From positions 1,468 to 65,467 of the forward strand of contig ONAE01000005.1 in NCBI GenBank assembly GCA_900315695.1: 64,000 bases of DNA, in the 5' to 3' direction. The translations under genes were made by a program, and so were the position numbers. The DNA is from an uncultured Prevotella sp. (GTDB taxonomy: Bacteria; Bacteroidota; Bacteroidia; Bacteroidales; Bacteroidaceae). The notes beneath the pieces were generated by a model, which had not been told where the DNA came from, did no database searches, and was given only the letters and a program-made list of their open reading frames with translations. Below, piece by piece: positions 41,253 through 50,778 of this stretch (its first letter is position 1; the number at the start of each line of letters is the position of its first letter).

Positions 41253-42246
41253 ACACTTTCCAGTCATAAAGATGGCCCCACACGTCGTCGGTGCCATAGT
41301 TGAAACGGTTGAAATAGCCATAGACACGCAGATAGAAGCGTGGCCAGTTATAGACCACCGCCGCACGGGCGTTGAAGTTCCACGTGAGTTTGTTGGGCGT
41401 GGTATATTCCTCTGTCGGCGTCTCAGCCACGGTGTTGTCATAATAGAGGGAGGTGCGGTTGTAGAAGGTGAGCATGGGCATGGCGAGGATGCTGAAGAGC
41501 CAACCATGCGCCGGCACCCAGTTGTAGGCATAGCCCGCCCCCACACTTACCTGTGTGAACTTCACCTTACTCACGCCCCGCATATAATAGGCCCAGTCCC
41601 AGTTGGAGCCGTCAGTGTAATTCACACGGCTATGATGATACATCGCCCCCACCAACGGCGTACCAGCGGAGAGGCGCTGGATGAGCGACTGATCGTAGGC
41701 GGCGGCATAAGAGAAGCGCTTGCTGTTGAAGAGGTAGTAACCATCGAGGAAGAGCGAACGCACCCTGATGGGGTTTTCGGTCGAGGTCATGAACTCCGGC
41801 ATGTTGCTGTTGTAGGAACGGATGCGGAAGTTGACACCATAGCTGCGACCAGAGGCACTCAGGGAGAAGGTAGAGCCATCACCGCCTGTCAACTCTTTTG
41901 ACCACCCGAAGCCATAGCCCCGATAGCCTACCCAGGCACCTAACGACATCGAGAAGCCGTTGCTCGACGTGGAGTTGATGCCCCCATGCGTACCGTCTGC
42001 AAAGTCGAAGTCGTTGTGCATCTTCATCGTGGTCTCATTGGCATCGGTGCGCAACTCTACTGCCCAGGGGCGCTCCGGTTCTTCGACATACACCAGATCC
42101 ATATTCTTCACGGTAGAAGAGTCGATGTAGGTCTCCACCTTATCCAGGCTCTTCTTCAGTGTGGACTGCAGCTTGGGCAGCGGCTGCTGTGCAAGCAGCT
42201 GCGCTGCCTGCAACACCATCAGGAATATGATGACAACCCGATTCAT
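41227..42246 (-). CDS. DUF4421-like outer-membrane beta-barrel protein
   Basis: Signal peptide; [34 protein letters not shown] and C-terminal F. Confidence 0.75.
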   Translation of the reverse strand: MNRVVIIFLMVLQAAQLLAQQPLPKLQSTLKKSLDKVETYIDSSTVKNMDLVYVEEPERPWAVELRTDANETTMKMHNDFDFADGTHGGINSTSSNGFSMSLGAWVGYRGYGFGWSKELTGGDGSTFSLSASGRSYGVNFRIRSYNSNMPEFMTSTENPIRVRSLFLDGYYLFNSKRFSYAAAYDQSLIQRLSAGTPLVGAMYHHSRVNYTDGSNWDWAYYMRGVSKVKFTQVSVGAGYAYNWVPAHGWLFSILAMPMLTFYNRTSLYYDNTVAETPTEEYTTPNKLTWNFNARAAVVYNWPRFYLRVYGYFNRFNYGTDDVWGHLYDWKVYAALGFRF

Positions 42247-43154
42247 TTTTCCCTGTATTTCCCTTCTTCCTTGTCGTCCATCATGGAGAGATACGACTGA
42301 TAACGACTTTGGGCGATGTAGTGATTCTCGAGGGCCTGAAGTACGGCACAGCCGGGCTCATGGGTGTGGGTACAGTTGGAGAAACGGCAGTCTTGGGAGA
42401 ACTTGAAGATCTCGGGGAAGTAGCTGGTGAGCTCTTCGGGTTCGATGTCGAAGGTGCCGAAGCCTTTGATGCCCGGGGTGTCGATAAGCCACCCACCCCC
42501 CATCGGTATCATCTCGGAGAAGGTGGTGGTGTGCTGTCCGAGGTTATGGGCATCGGAGATCTCGGCGGTACGCAGGTTGGCATCGGGCACCAGCTGATTG
42601 ATAAGGGTGGACTTCCCCACCCCGCTGTTACCACTCAGGAGCGTGATCTTTCCCTCGAGCAAGGGGCGCAACGCCTCAACGCCCTCCCCTTTTGAGGCTG
42701 CAATCTGCCGACAGGTGTAACCGATCGACTCGTAGAGACGAACCATCATCTGCTGATAATGCAACATCTCCTGATCAAGGAGGTCGGTCTTGTTGAAGAT
42801 GAGCACCACCGGCACACGATAGGCTTCGGCGGAAGCCAGGAAACGGTCGATGAAGGTGGTGGAGGTCTGGGGATTGACGACTGTGACTACCAGGAAGGCC
42901 TGATCGACGTTGGCGGCCAGGATGTGGCTCTGTTTGGAGAGGTTGATGCTCTTGCGGATGATGTAGTTACGGCGGGGTTCGATATCGGTGATAAAATTAT
43001 CAGAAACCGTGACCCGGTCACCGACCGCGACGGGGTTGGTGGAGCGGATGCCCTTGAGGCGGAAGTTGCCCTTGATCTTACAATCAACCAGCTGGCCATC
43101 GTCCGTGAGGACGGTGTACCAGCTGCCTGTATTCTTAATGACTAACCCTTTCAA
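42243..43154 (-). CDS. rsgA: Ribosome small subunit-dependent GTPase A
   Basis: [21 protein letters not shown] and [14 protein letters not shown] motifs. Confidence 0.96.
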   Translation of the reverse strand: MKGLVIKNTGSWYTVLTDDGQLVDCKIKGNFRLKGIRSTNPVAVGDRVTVSDNFITDIEPRRNYIIRKSINLSKQSHILAANVDQAFLVVTVVNPQTSTTFIDRFLASAEAYRVPVVLIFNKTDLLDQEMLHYQQMMVRLYESIGYTCRQIAASKGEGVEALRPLLEGKITLLSGNSGVGKSTLINQLVPDANLRTAEISDAHNLGQHTTTFSEMIPMGGGWLIDTPGIKGFGTFDIEPEELTSYFPEIFKFSQDCRFSNCTHTHEPGCAVLQALENHYIAQSRYQSYLSMMDDKEEGKYREK

Positions 43155-43155
43155 G

Positions 43156-43716
43156 TTATACCGTCATGATTTCCTTGTTCTTGGCCGCCATCAAGTCGTC
43201 GAGCTTCTTGATGTACTTGTCATGGAGTTTCTGAAGCTCCAGCTCAGCGTCCTTCTCATTATCCTCCGAAAGGCCGTCCTTGATGGCCTTCTTCAGCTTG
43301 TCCTTGACATCACCACGCACATTACGCACCTCGACCTTGGCCTTCTCGCAGATCTTGTTGCACTGTTTCACCAGATCCCTACGACGCTCCTCGGTGGGTA
43401 CCGGGATGTTCAGACGGATGATCTCACCATTGTTCTCAGGGGTGATGCCCACATCGGAATCCATGATGGCCTTCTCGATGTTACGGATCTCCTTACGATC
43501 CCAGGGCTTGATGGCGATGGTACGCGGATCGGGCACACTGACGTTGGCCACCTGATTCAGCGGCACCTTACTACCGTAGAGTTCTACACGGACACCATCG
43601 AGGATGGCAACATTGGCGCGGCCTGCACGCACACGATTCAGCTCCTCCTCAAGGAACATCGCTGCCATCTCCATGCGCTCCTCACTTTTCTTCAAAGTTT
43701 CTTTTACATCTATCAT
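43156..43716 (-). CDS. frr: Ribosome recycling factor
   Basis: [26 protein letters not shown] and VRNVR motifs. Start at MIDVK. Confidence 0.96.
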   Translation of the reverse strand: MIDVKETLKKSEERMEMAAMFLEEELNRVRAGRANVAILDGVRVELYGSKVPLNQVANVSVPDPRTIAIKPWDRKEIRNIEKAIMDSDVGITPENNGEIIRLNIPVPTEERRRDLVKQCNKICEKAKVEVRNVRGDVKDKLKKAIKDGLSEDNEKDAELELQKLHDKYIKKLDDLMAAKNKEIMTV

Positions 43717-43838
43717 AATCTTACTAAGTTTTAGCGTTTTCTGATGACAAAAGTAGCGTTTTTCTGTCAATCCGCCAAATATTGCGTAATTTCGCCACCA
43801 GAACCATACCTATAATATAAATAAAGGTTATTACTGAC

Positions 43839-45944
43839 ATGTCGAAGATATCAACAACCATCTTCTTGTTGCTATGCGCTACGACGGTATATGCCCAGAC
43901 TGAAAACTGGCATACCATCGCAGACAGACACCATCTGGCGGCCTATCTGGTGGCCGGCCTGATGATCGTTTTGTTTGTGATGATCTTCTCAAACCGCCTG
44001 TTCTATTTCAGGGAGCAGGAAGTAAATATCCGCGCCAGGCAGCTGAACACCCAGTTGGCCCTGGTGCTGAACTCGAACAAGACCAAGGTATGGACCTATA
44101 GCCCCCAGAAGATCTTCACCCTCCTCTCAAGTGAGACCGCCACGAAGGAGGTGTATGCCCCCATCGACTTCTCACAATACTTCAACCACGAGGATTTCGA
44201 GGAGCTGCGACAAAGGCTCACGAGCATCCTTATCCAGGAGAAAGTGTCGGAGACCCTGCTCGTCAGGAGCCATGACAACCAGAAGACCTACGAGATCAAC
44301 ATCTCGGTGCTGAAACGAGACAAGAACCATGTTCCCAGCGTGCTGCTCGGTATCCAGCGCGACATCACAGAGCGCCAAGTCAGAAACGAGAAGCGGCATA
44401 ACCTGTCGCTGCAATACCAGACCGTGTTCGACACCTCGCTGGTGGACATGATCTACTACGACGGAGAGGGTTACCTGGTAGATCTGAACGAGAAGGCCTG
44501 TGAGACCTTTATGATCGCAGACCGCGAGCGCCTGCTGAAACAGCGCGTGCATATCCATGACATCCCCTCCTATCGCGAGATCAACATCGAGGAGCTGAAG
44601 GACAACGTCCGGCTCTCGTCGATCACCGACATCAGTCAGGTGAAGCAAGAAGACGAGCGCGTGCCAGACGTGAGACTTGGCGGCATCTGCTACTACGAGG
44701 CCATGCTCTGTCCGATACGCGACGAGAACGGCACGCTGCACGGGGTAATGGCTGCCGGCCGTAACATCACGGAGATGGTGGAGTCGCATCACAAACAGGA
44801 AGAAGAGGCCCAGCTCATCCAGAAGACCACCAAACAGATTCAGACCTATATCCAGAATATCAACTACACCCTGCGGACCAGTGGCGTGAGAATGATCACC
44901 TATCACCCGGCCCGTCATGAGCTGCGTATCTACAGCGACCTGGACAAGATACAGTACCGGCTCCCGCAGCTGCGGTGTGCCGCGCTCATCCACCCCTCGG
45001 AAAGAAGAAAGCTCAGAGGACTCTTCATACGTATGGACAAAGGAAAGGCCGGTAACATCTCAGAGGTGCTGCACACCATCTTCCACGACAAACAGGGCAG
45101 AGACGTGTATATGAACTTCAGCCTCATACCCATGACCGACAAGACGGGTAACGTGACCCACTATTTCGGACTGTGCCGTGATGAGACCGAGATGAAATAT
45201 ACCGAGATGCGCCTGCTGGAGGAGACCATGAAAGCCCAGGAGACCGAGGAGCTGAAGAACACCTTCCTGATGAACATGAGCTATGAGATCAGAACCCCGC
45301 TGAATGCCGTGCTCGGCTTCGCTGAGCTCTTCAACAGTCCACATGACGTGGAAGACGAGCCCGTGTTTGCCGAAGAGATCAAACGGAACACCGACGAGCT
45401 GCTGCAGCTGGTGAACGACATCCTCTTCATCTCCCGTCTGGATGCGAAGATGGTGGAGTTTACGAAAGAGAAGACAGACTTCGCCACCCTCTTCGACGGA
45501 TGGTGCTATCTGGGATGGAGTGCCCTGGGACCCAGCGTGAACGCCATCGTGGACAATCCCTACAACCACCTGGTGCTGAACATCGACGAACAGCATCTCG
45601 GACAGGCCATCCAGAAGATCTGCACCTGCTCTGCCGCCTACACCAAGGAAGGGATGGTGCGTGCGAAATACGAATACCACCATGGCGAACTGAGCATCGT
45701 GCTAGAAGACACAGGTATCGGCATCAGCAAGGAGGCCCTCCCCCACGTGTTTGACCGTTTTGCCCGGAATGACAGTGGGCTGCTCAGCAGTACGGGACTT
45801 GACTTGCCCATCGTGAAGGAACTGGTGGAACAGATGGGCGGACAGATAGAGATACAGTCGGAACTCGGAAAAGGTACCACCTGCTATGTCATGATCCCCT
45901 GTGAGATGATCAGCAGAGAGAAGAAAACAGAGATGATAAACTAA
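43839..45944 (+). CDS. Sensor histidine kinase homologue HK1 (H-box His to Tyr; degenerate ATPase; predicted pseudokinase)
   Basis: TM segment and PAS-like repeats; NMSYEIRTPL (TAT at 45282-45284); N box ICTCSAAYT; G2 box STGLDL. Confidence 0.88.
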   Translation: MSKISTTIFLLLCATTVYAQTENWHTIADRHHLAAYLVAGLMIVLFVMIFSNRLFYFREQEVNIRARQLNTQLALVLNSNKTKVWTYSPQKIFTLLSSETATKEVYAPIDFSQYFNHEDFEELRQRLTSILIQEKVSETLLVRSHDNQKTYEINISVLKRDKNHVPSVLLGIQRDITERQVRNEKRHNLSLQYQTVFDTSLVDMIYYDGEGYLVDLNEKACETFMIADRERLLKQRVHIHDIPSYREINIEELKDNVRLSSITDISQVKQEDERVPDVRLGGICYYEAMLCPIRDENGTLHGVMAAGRNITEMVESHHKQEEEAQLIQKTTKQIQTYIQNINYTLRTSGVRMITYHPARHELRIYSDLDKIQYRLPQLRCAALIHPSERRKLRGLFIRMDKGKAGNISEVLHTIFHDKQGRDVYMNFSLIPMTDKTGNVTHYFGLCRDETEMKYTEMRLLEETMKAQETEELKNTFLMNMSYEIRTPLNAVLGFAELFNSPHDVEDEPVFAEEIKRNTDELLQLVNDILFISRLDAKMVEFTKEKTDFATLFDGWCYLGWSALGPSVNAIVDNPYNHLVLNIDEQHLGQAIQKICTCSAAYTKEGMVRAKYEYHHGELSIVLEDTGIGISKEALPHVFDRFARNDSGLLSSTGLDLPIVKELVEQMGGQIEIQSELGKGTTCYVMIPCEMISREKKTEMIN

Positions 45945-45952
45945 GCAGCCCC

Positions 45953-47983
45953 ATGAACAGCATCAGCCTACATATTGTCCCCCTCCTGATAGGATCCTTC
46001 GACACCACCTCGGTGCTGATCGTGAGTGTGATGACCATCGCCTTTATCATCTCATGGGCGGCTAACCGCATCAGCATCCTGCGAATCCGCAAACGCGTGA
46101 GTGAGAGTAAGGAGATCTATGACATCATGCAGCACACCCTGGACCAGAACGACAACTACGTGCTGAGACTCGACCTGCGTGAACGCAAGGCCTACAACCT
46201 GCACGGACAGATGCTGCCAGAGTCAGGTATCGGCTATGAGAACAGTCTGCAGTATATTCATCCCGAGGACCAGCACATCTACCGCGACTTCCTGATCACG
46301 CTGAGCAAAGGGCAGGTCAGGACTGCAGAGTGCGTCTTCCGCTGGGATGCCAGTGGGGAGCATCATGCCGGGAACTGGCGCTATATGCACGACCAGGGCG
46401 TGGCGGAATACATAGAAGGACAGAAGCTGCCCACGAACATCTTCTGTACACTGACAGACCAGACCGAACGGATCATACAGGAACGTGAGGAACAGGAGCT
46501 GACCGACAAATACCGCAAGACCTTCGAGCAGTCGCTGGTGGGACTGGCCTTCTACGACAAGGACGGTTACCTGCTGACAGCCAACCAGAAGATGCGAGAG
46601 ATCCTGAAGTTCCAGTCGGAGGATGACCCCTATTACTACGAGAACGCCCTCTATGACATGCCCACCTTCAGGGATGTGCTGTCGAACCGCCATGTGGAAG
46701 AGCTCTACTTCTGTTCGAAGAGCGTGATCATCGACCGAGGCGTGAACTGCTATACCGAGTTGCGCGTACACCCCATCTACGATGAGAAAGGGGAGCTAGT
46801 GTATATCACCTTCTCCATCCGCGATGTGACCCAGGAGCGAGAACTCTACCTGCAGAGTAAGCAGAATGCCCTGGAGATGAGGAAGGCCAATGAGGAGATA
46901 CAGAACCTGGAGAACGAGATCCAGTATCTGATGGACAGCTGTGACATGCACTTCTGGCGGACAACCTTCGCCGACAAGACCGTGACCTTCTATCAAGGTC
47001 TGAAGACCGCCATGCCGCCCATGGGCTTCGATGCGCTGAGAGACCACTTCGTGCAGAGCACCTTCAAGGATGACCTGCTCGACCCGGAGAACAAGCTGCA
47101 GAAGCCCAAGACAGAGCTGACCCTCTGTCGCCCCTTCTTCGACGAAGGCGACGAGCTGCAGTGGAACATCATCGACAGTGTGCCCTATCACGATGCCGAA
47201 GGCAAGCAACTGGGGACCTATGGTATCATGCGCAATGTGACCCCGCTCATCAAGAAACAGGAACAGCTGAAGCAGGAGACGGAGCGCGCCCAGAGCTCCG
47301 GCCGCATGAAGAGTATGTTCATGGCCAATATGACCCACGAGATCCGTACCCCACTGAATGCCATCGTCGGTTTCAGTGACGTGCTGTCGATGATGGAGAC
47401 ACCAGAGGAGAAACAGGAGATCGTCAGGGTGATCATGAACAACTGCGACATGCTGCTCCGCCTGATCAACGACATCCTGGTCCTGTCGGCCATCGACGGA
47501 GGCAGCAGCATCCAGATCCATGCCGTAGAGACCAACTTCGCCAAGGACTTCGAGGATATCTGCACCTCGCTGGCGCAGCGCATCCAGAATCCCAATGTGG
47601 CGTTTATGAAGGAGAACCCCTACACCACCCTCATCGCCACCCTCGACAAGGAACGTATCCAGCAGGTGATCACGAACTTCGTGACCAATGCCGTAAAATA
47701 TACCAACGAAGGCCATATCAAGGTGGGCTATCAGCAGAAGGACAACGGACTGTATTTCTATTGCGAAGACACAGGATCAGGTATCCAGCAGGAGGATCAG
47801 GACAAGATCTTCGAGCGATTCGTGAAACTGAACGACTTCGTACAGGGTACCGGTCTGGGCCTGAACATCTCGAAAGCCATCATAGAGACCCTGCATGGTA
47901 AGATCGGCGTCAACTCAGAAGGCGTAGGCCATGGCTCCACCTTCTGGTTCTGGATCCCATGTCAGATAAAAAGTGAAGCATGA
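45953..47983 (+). CDS. Sensor histidine kinase HK2 (intact)
   Basis: NMTHEIRTPLN, TNFVTNAVKYT, DTGSGI, FERF and GTGLGL motifs. Confidence 0.93.
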   Translation: MNSISLHIVPLLIGSFDTTSVLIVSVMTIAFIISWAANRISILRIRKRVSESKEIYDIMQHTLDQNDNYVLRLDLRERKAYNLHGQMLPESGIGYENSLQYIHPEDQHIYRDFLITLSKGQVRTAECVFRWDASGEHHAGNWRYMHDQGVAEYIEGQKLPTNIFCTLTDQTERIIQEREEQELTDKYRKTFEQSLVGLAFYDKDGYLLTANQKMREILKFQSEDDPYYYENALYDMPTFRDVLSNRHVEELYFCSKSVIIDRGVNCYTELRVHPIYDEKGELVYITFSIRDVTQERELYLQSKQNALEMRKANEEIQNLENEIQYLMDSCDMHFWRTTFADKTVTFYQGLKTAMPPMGFDALRDHFVQSTFKDDLLDPENKLQKPKTELTLCRPFFDEGDELQWNIIDSVPYHDAEGKQLGTYGIMRNVTPLIKKQEQLKQETERAQSSGRMKSMFMANMTHEIRTPLNAIVGFSDVLSMMETPEEKQEIVRVIMNNCDMLLRLINDILVLSAIDGGSSIQIHAVETNFAKDFEDICTSLAQRIQNPNVAFMKENPYTTLIATLDKERIQQVITNFVTNAVKYTNEGHIKVGYQQKDNGLYFYCEDTGSGIQQEDQDKIFERFVKLNDFVQGTGLGLNISKAIIETLHGKIGVNSEGVGHGSTFWFWIPCQIKSEA

Positions 47984-50766
47984 ACACCTATTATAAATAT
48001 ATAAGGTATATCGTCATCGCCGTGGCCGGTCTGTGGTCGTGGCAGACACTCACAGCCCAGGAGGAGACAGCGAAAACCTATACCACGGAACATCCCCTGA
48101 TCTATGAGGATGCGTGGGACCTGTGGCCCTACGTCTTCCTGAATGAGAACGGAGAGCCAGACGGTTATAACATCGACCTGCTGAAGCTGATCTTCAAGGA
48201 ACTCGACATCCCCTATGTGATCAAGCTGAAGCCCACCTTAGAGGCCCAGGCAGACCTGACGAACGGGAAGAGCGACCTGATGCTGCGCATGGATGCCGAG
48301 TACTCACGGGTGAACAGCCAGTACAGCAAGAACATCGTGCAGCTCTTCACCCACAGTATCGTGGTGCCCATCGGCCAGAACTTCCATATCAGTCAGGTGA
48401 AAGACCTGAAGAATTACCGTGTGATCGTGCATGGCGGCAGTTTCAGTCATCACTACCTCATGAAACACGGCTTGGCCAAGGAGATCACCGCCTATGACGA
48501 CATGAAGGGCGCCATCCAGGAACTCATCACCCAGGGCAACGGGATCATCCTCTGGAACACGATGTCGCTGAAATGGCTCATGCGCAAGTATCACTCCGAC
48601 AAGCTGGCACTGGTGCCCATCGACATGCCCTATGGCGAATATAAGTTCATGTCGCCCGACCACCAGCTGCTGGAACGTATCGACAGTGCCTACGTGGCCC
48701 TGAGGGCTGCAGAGAAGCTGCAACCCATCCAGAACAAATGGTTCTATCCCGACCGCCAGGACACCGGTATCCCCGTGTGGGTGTGGTATCTGGCAGCCTC
48801 CTTAGCCGTTATCGCCCTGTTCCTGTTGGTTTACTATATCGTGTACCGGAGCAGGGAGCGGCGTCTGACGCAGGCTGTCAGAAAGAGCAATGCCCGCCTG
48901 TCGCTGATCCTGAAGACCAGTCATGTGAGCCTGTGGACCTACCATATCCTGACCAAGCAGTTCACGTGGATGGACGAACAGGGCAAGGCCCAACAGACCA
49001 CCACCCTCGATGCCTTTGTGTATCGTTACCGACCCAAGGATGTGCAGCGCCTGCAACAGGCCCTCGATGCGATTGCCCAGAAGAAGGAGGACCATATGAA
49101 CCTGAACATCCAGGTGTTTGATGATGAGGGCGAGGGGGAGGCCCATAACTACACGCTGGCCCTGAGCGTGCTGCGTCATGACAAGAACGGATATCCCACC
49201 ACCATCCTCTGTACCCGCAGTGATGTGACCAAAGAGCTGTTGCGACAGATCAAGGTGAAAGACACGCTGTTGCGCTATCAGGCCATCTTCAACTCTGTGA
49301 TGGTGGATATGGTGGCCTATGATGCACAAGGCTATATCGTGGACATCAACCAGAAAGCCTTGTCAGCCTTAAAGGTGGACTTGCAGGTGATCAAAGCGCA
49401 AAAGATCTCCATCAAAGACGTGGTAGGTGATCCCGACCTCGACGTGGAGCACTTCGAACACATGTACGTGACCCAGATCTACAAAGGCGAGGACGACCGT
49501 CCGCTGTACAAGATGCTGAACTGCAACAAGCTCTACTACGAGCTGCAGCTCACCCCGGTGCGCGATGCAGAAGGGAAGTTGCTCGCCATCTTCGGTACAG
49601 GGCGCAATGTGACAGAGATAGCAGCGTCGTACCACCATCTGTTGCAAGATATCCAGGAGTTGCAGAAGGCCAACGACGAGGTGTCGGACTATATCCAGAA
49701 CATCGACTACGTGTTGAAGGTGGGCGGTATCAAGATGGTGAAATACAACCTGACCACCCATACGCTCACCCTCTTCAGCGAGGCCAACAATGCCGGTCTC
49801 TCGCTGACGCAGACCAGGATGCTGAACCTGATCGACCCGAAGTGGAAGAAGACCACGGAGCGCACCCTGAACAATATGGACAACAAGAGCGCCACCAGTG
49901 TGCAGCTCGATGTGAAGACCACCATCAGGCGACAAGGCGAGCCCCTGCATTTGCAGTTCCACTTCATCCCCTTCTACAACGACAAGGGAGACGTGAAAGA
50001 ATACTTCGGCATGTGCCGTGACATCAGTGAGCTGAAAGCCATCGAGGAGAAGCTGGCCCAGGAGACCCTGCGTGCCCAGGAGGTGGAGGTGGTGAAGAAC
50101 GCGTTCCTCCATAACATGAGCTTTGAGATCCGTACCCCACTGACTACGGTCGTAGGATTCGCAGAACTCTTCCAGATGGATCACAGTGCCGAAGACGAGG
50201 CTGTGTTTATCAGGGAGATCAAGTCGAACTCGGCCCAGTTGCTGAAGCTCATCAACGACATCCTCTTCCTCTCACGCCTGGATGCGGAGATGATCACCAT
50301 CAACCCACAACCGACAGACTTCACGACAAGTATCACCGTACGCTGTGAGAGTACGTGGGCCAACCTCAAGAAGCCCGGGGTGGACTATATCGTGAAGACC
50401 CCCTTCAAGAAGCTGGTGCTCGACATCGACTTCAATCATATCGGGATGGTGGTGGAGAAGATACTCAACAATGCCGTGCAGCATACCACCCAAGGCACCG
50501 TGCTGGTGCATTACGACTATATGGGCGACCAGCTCGCGGTATCCATCGAAGATACGGGACGCGGTATCCCCGAAGACCAGATCAAGCATATCTTCGACCG
50601 GTTCGTGACTGACGCCTCAAGCAATGGAGCCGGTCTGGGACTGAGTATCTGTCAGGAACTGATCCAGCATATGGGTGGAAAGATCAACCTGTCGTCCACA
50701 GTCGGACGAGGCACCAACGTGTGGTTCACCATCCCCTGTAAGCTGATAGAGATGGAACGTAACTAA
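47980..50766 (+). CDS. Sensor kinase homologue HK3 with periplasmic solute-binding domain (H-box His to Phe)
   Basis: SBP family 3-like N-terminus (WPYVFLNENGEPDGYNIDL) and TM; NMSFEIRTPL (TTT at 50122-50124); retains NNA, DTGRG and GAGLGL. Confidence 0.9.
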   Translation: MNTYYKYIRYIVIAVAGLWSWQTLTAQEETAKTYTTEHPLIYEDAWDLWPYVFLNENGEPDGYNIDLLKLIFKELDIPYVIKLKPTLEAQADLTNGKSDLMLRMDAEYSRVNSQYSKNIVQLFTHSIVVPIGQNFHISQVKDLKNYRVIVHGGSFSHHYLMKHGLAKEITAYDDMKGAIQELITQGNGIILWNTMSLKWLMRKYHSDKLALVPIDMPYGEYKFMSPDHQLLERIDSAYVALRAAEKLQPIQNKWFYPDRQDTGIPVWVWYLAASLAVIALFLLVYYIVYRSRERRLTQAVRKSNARLSLILKTSHVSLWTYHILTKQFTWMDEQGKAQQTTTLDAFVYRYRPKDVQRLQQALDAIAQKKEDHMNLNIQVFDDEGEGEAHNYTLALSVLRHDKNGYPTTILCTRSDVTKELLRQIKVKDTLLRYQAIFNSVMVDMVAYDAQGYIVDINQKALSALKVDLQVIKAQKISIKDVVGDPDLDVEHFEHMYVTQIYKGEDDRPLYKMLNCNKLYYELQLTPVRDAEGKLLAIFGTGRNVTEIAASYHHLLQDIQELQKANDEVSDYIQNIDYVLKVGGIKMVKYNLTTHTLTLFSEANNAGLSLTQTRMLNLIDPKWKKTTERTLNNMDNKSATSVQLDVKTTIRRQGEPLHLQFHFIPFYNDKGDVKEYFGMCRDISELKAIEEKLAQETLRAQEVEVVKNAFLHNMSFEIRTPLTTVVGFAELFQMDHSAEDEAVFIREIKSNSAQLLKLINDILFLSRLDAEMITINPQPTDFTTSITVRCESTWANLKKPGVDYIVKTPFKKLVLDIDFNHIGMVVEKILNNAVQHTTQGTVLVHYDYMGDQLAVSIEDTGRGIPEDQIKHIFDRFVTDASSNGAGLGLSICQELIQHMGGKINLSSTVGRGTNVWFTIPCKLIEMERN

Positions 50767-50778
50767 CCTGCAAAAGAG

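Noticed and set aside
40140-41546. 468-aa ORF-track version of mnmA and similar N-terminal extensions (M16 peptidase, DUF4954, GH94, frr, 58586-60142)
   Set aside because: The extensions overlap upstream genes or promoters; downstream ATGs give the conserved N-termini.
45282-45284. HK1 Tyr as a single-base sequencing error (CAT to TAT)
   Set aside because: The paralogue HK3 has TTT at the same site, two changes from CAT, and HK1 also has a degenerate ATPase domain, so an isolated error is unlikely.
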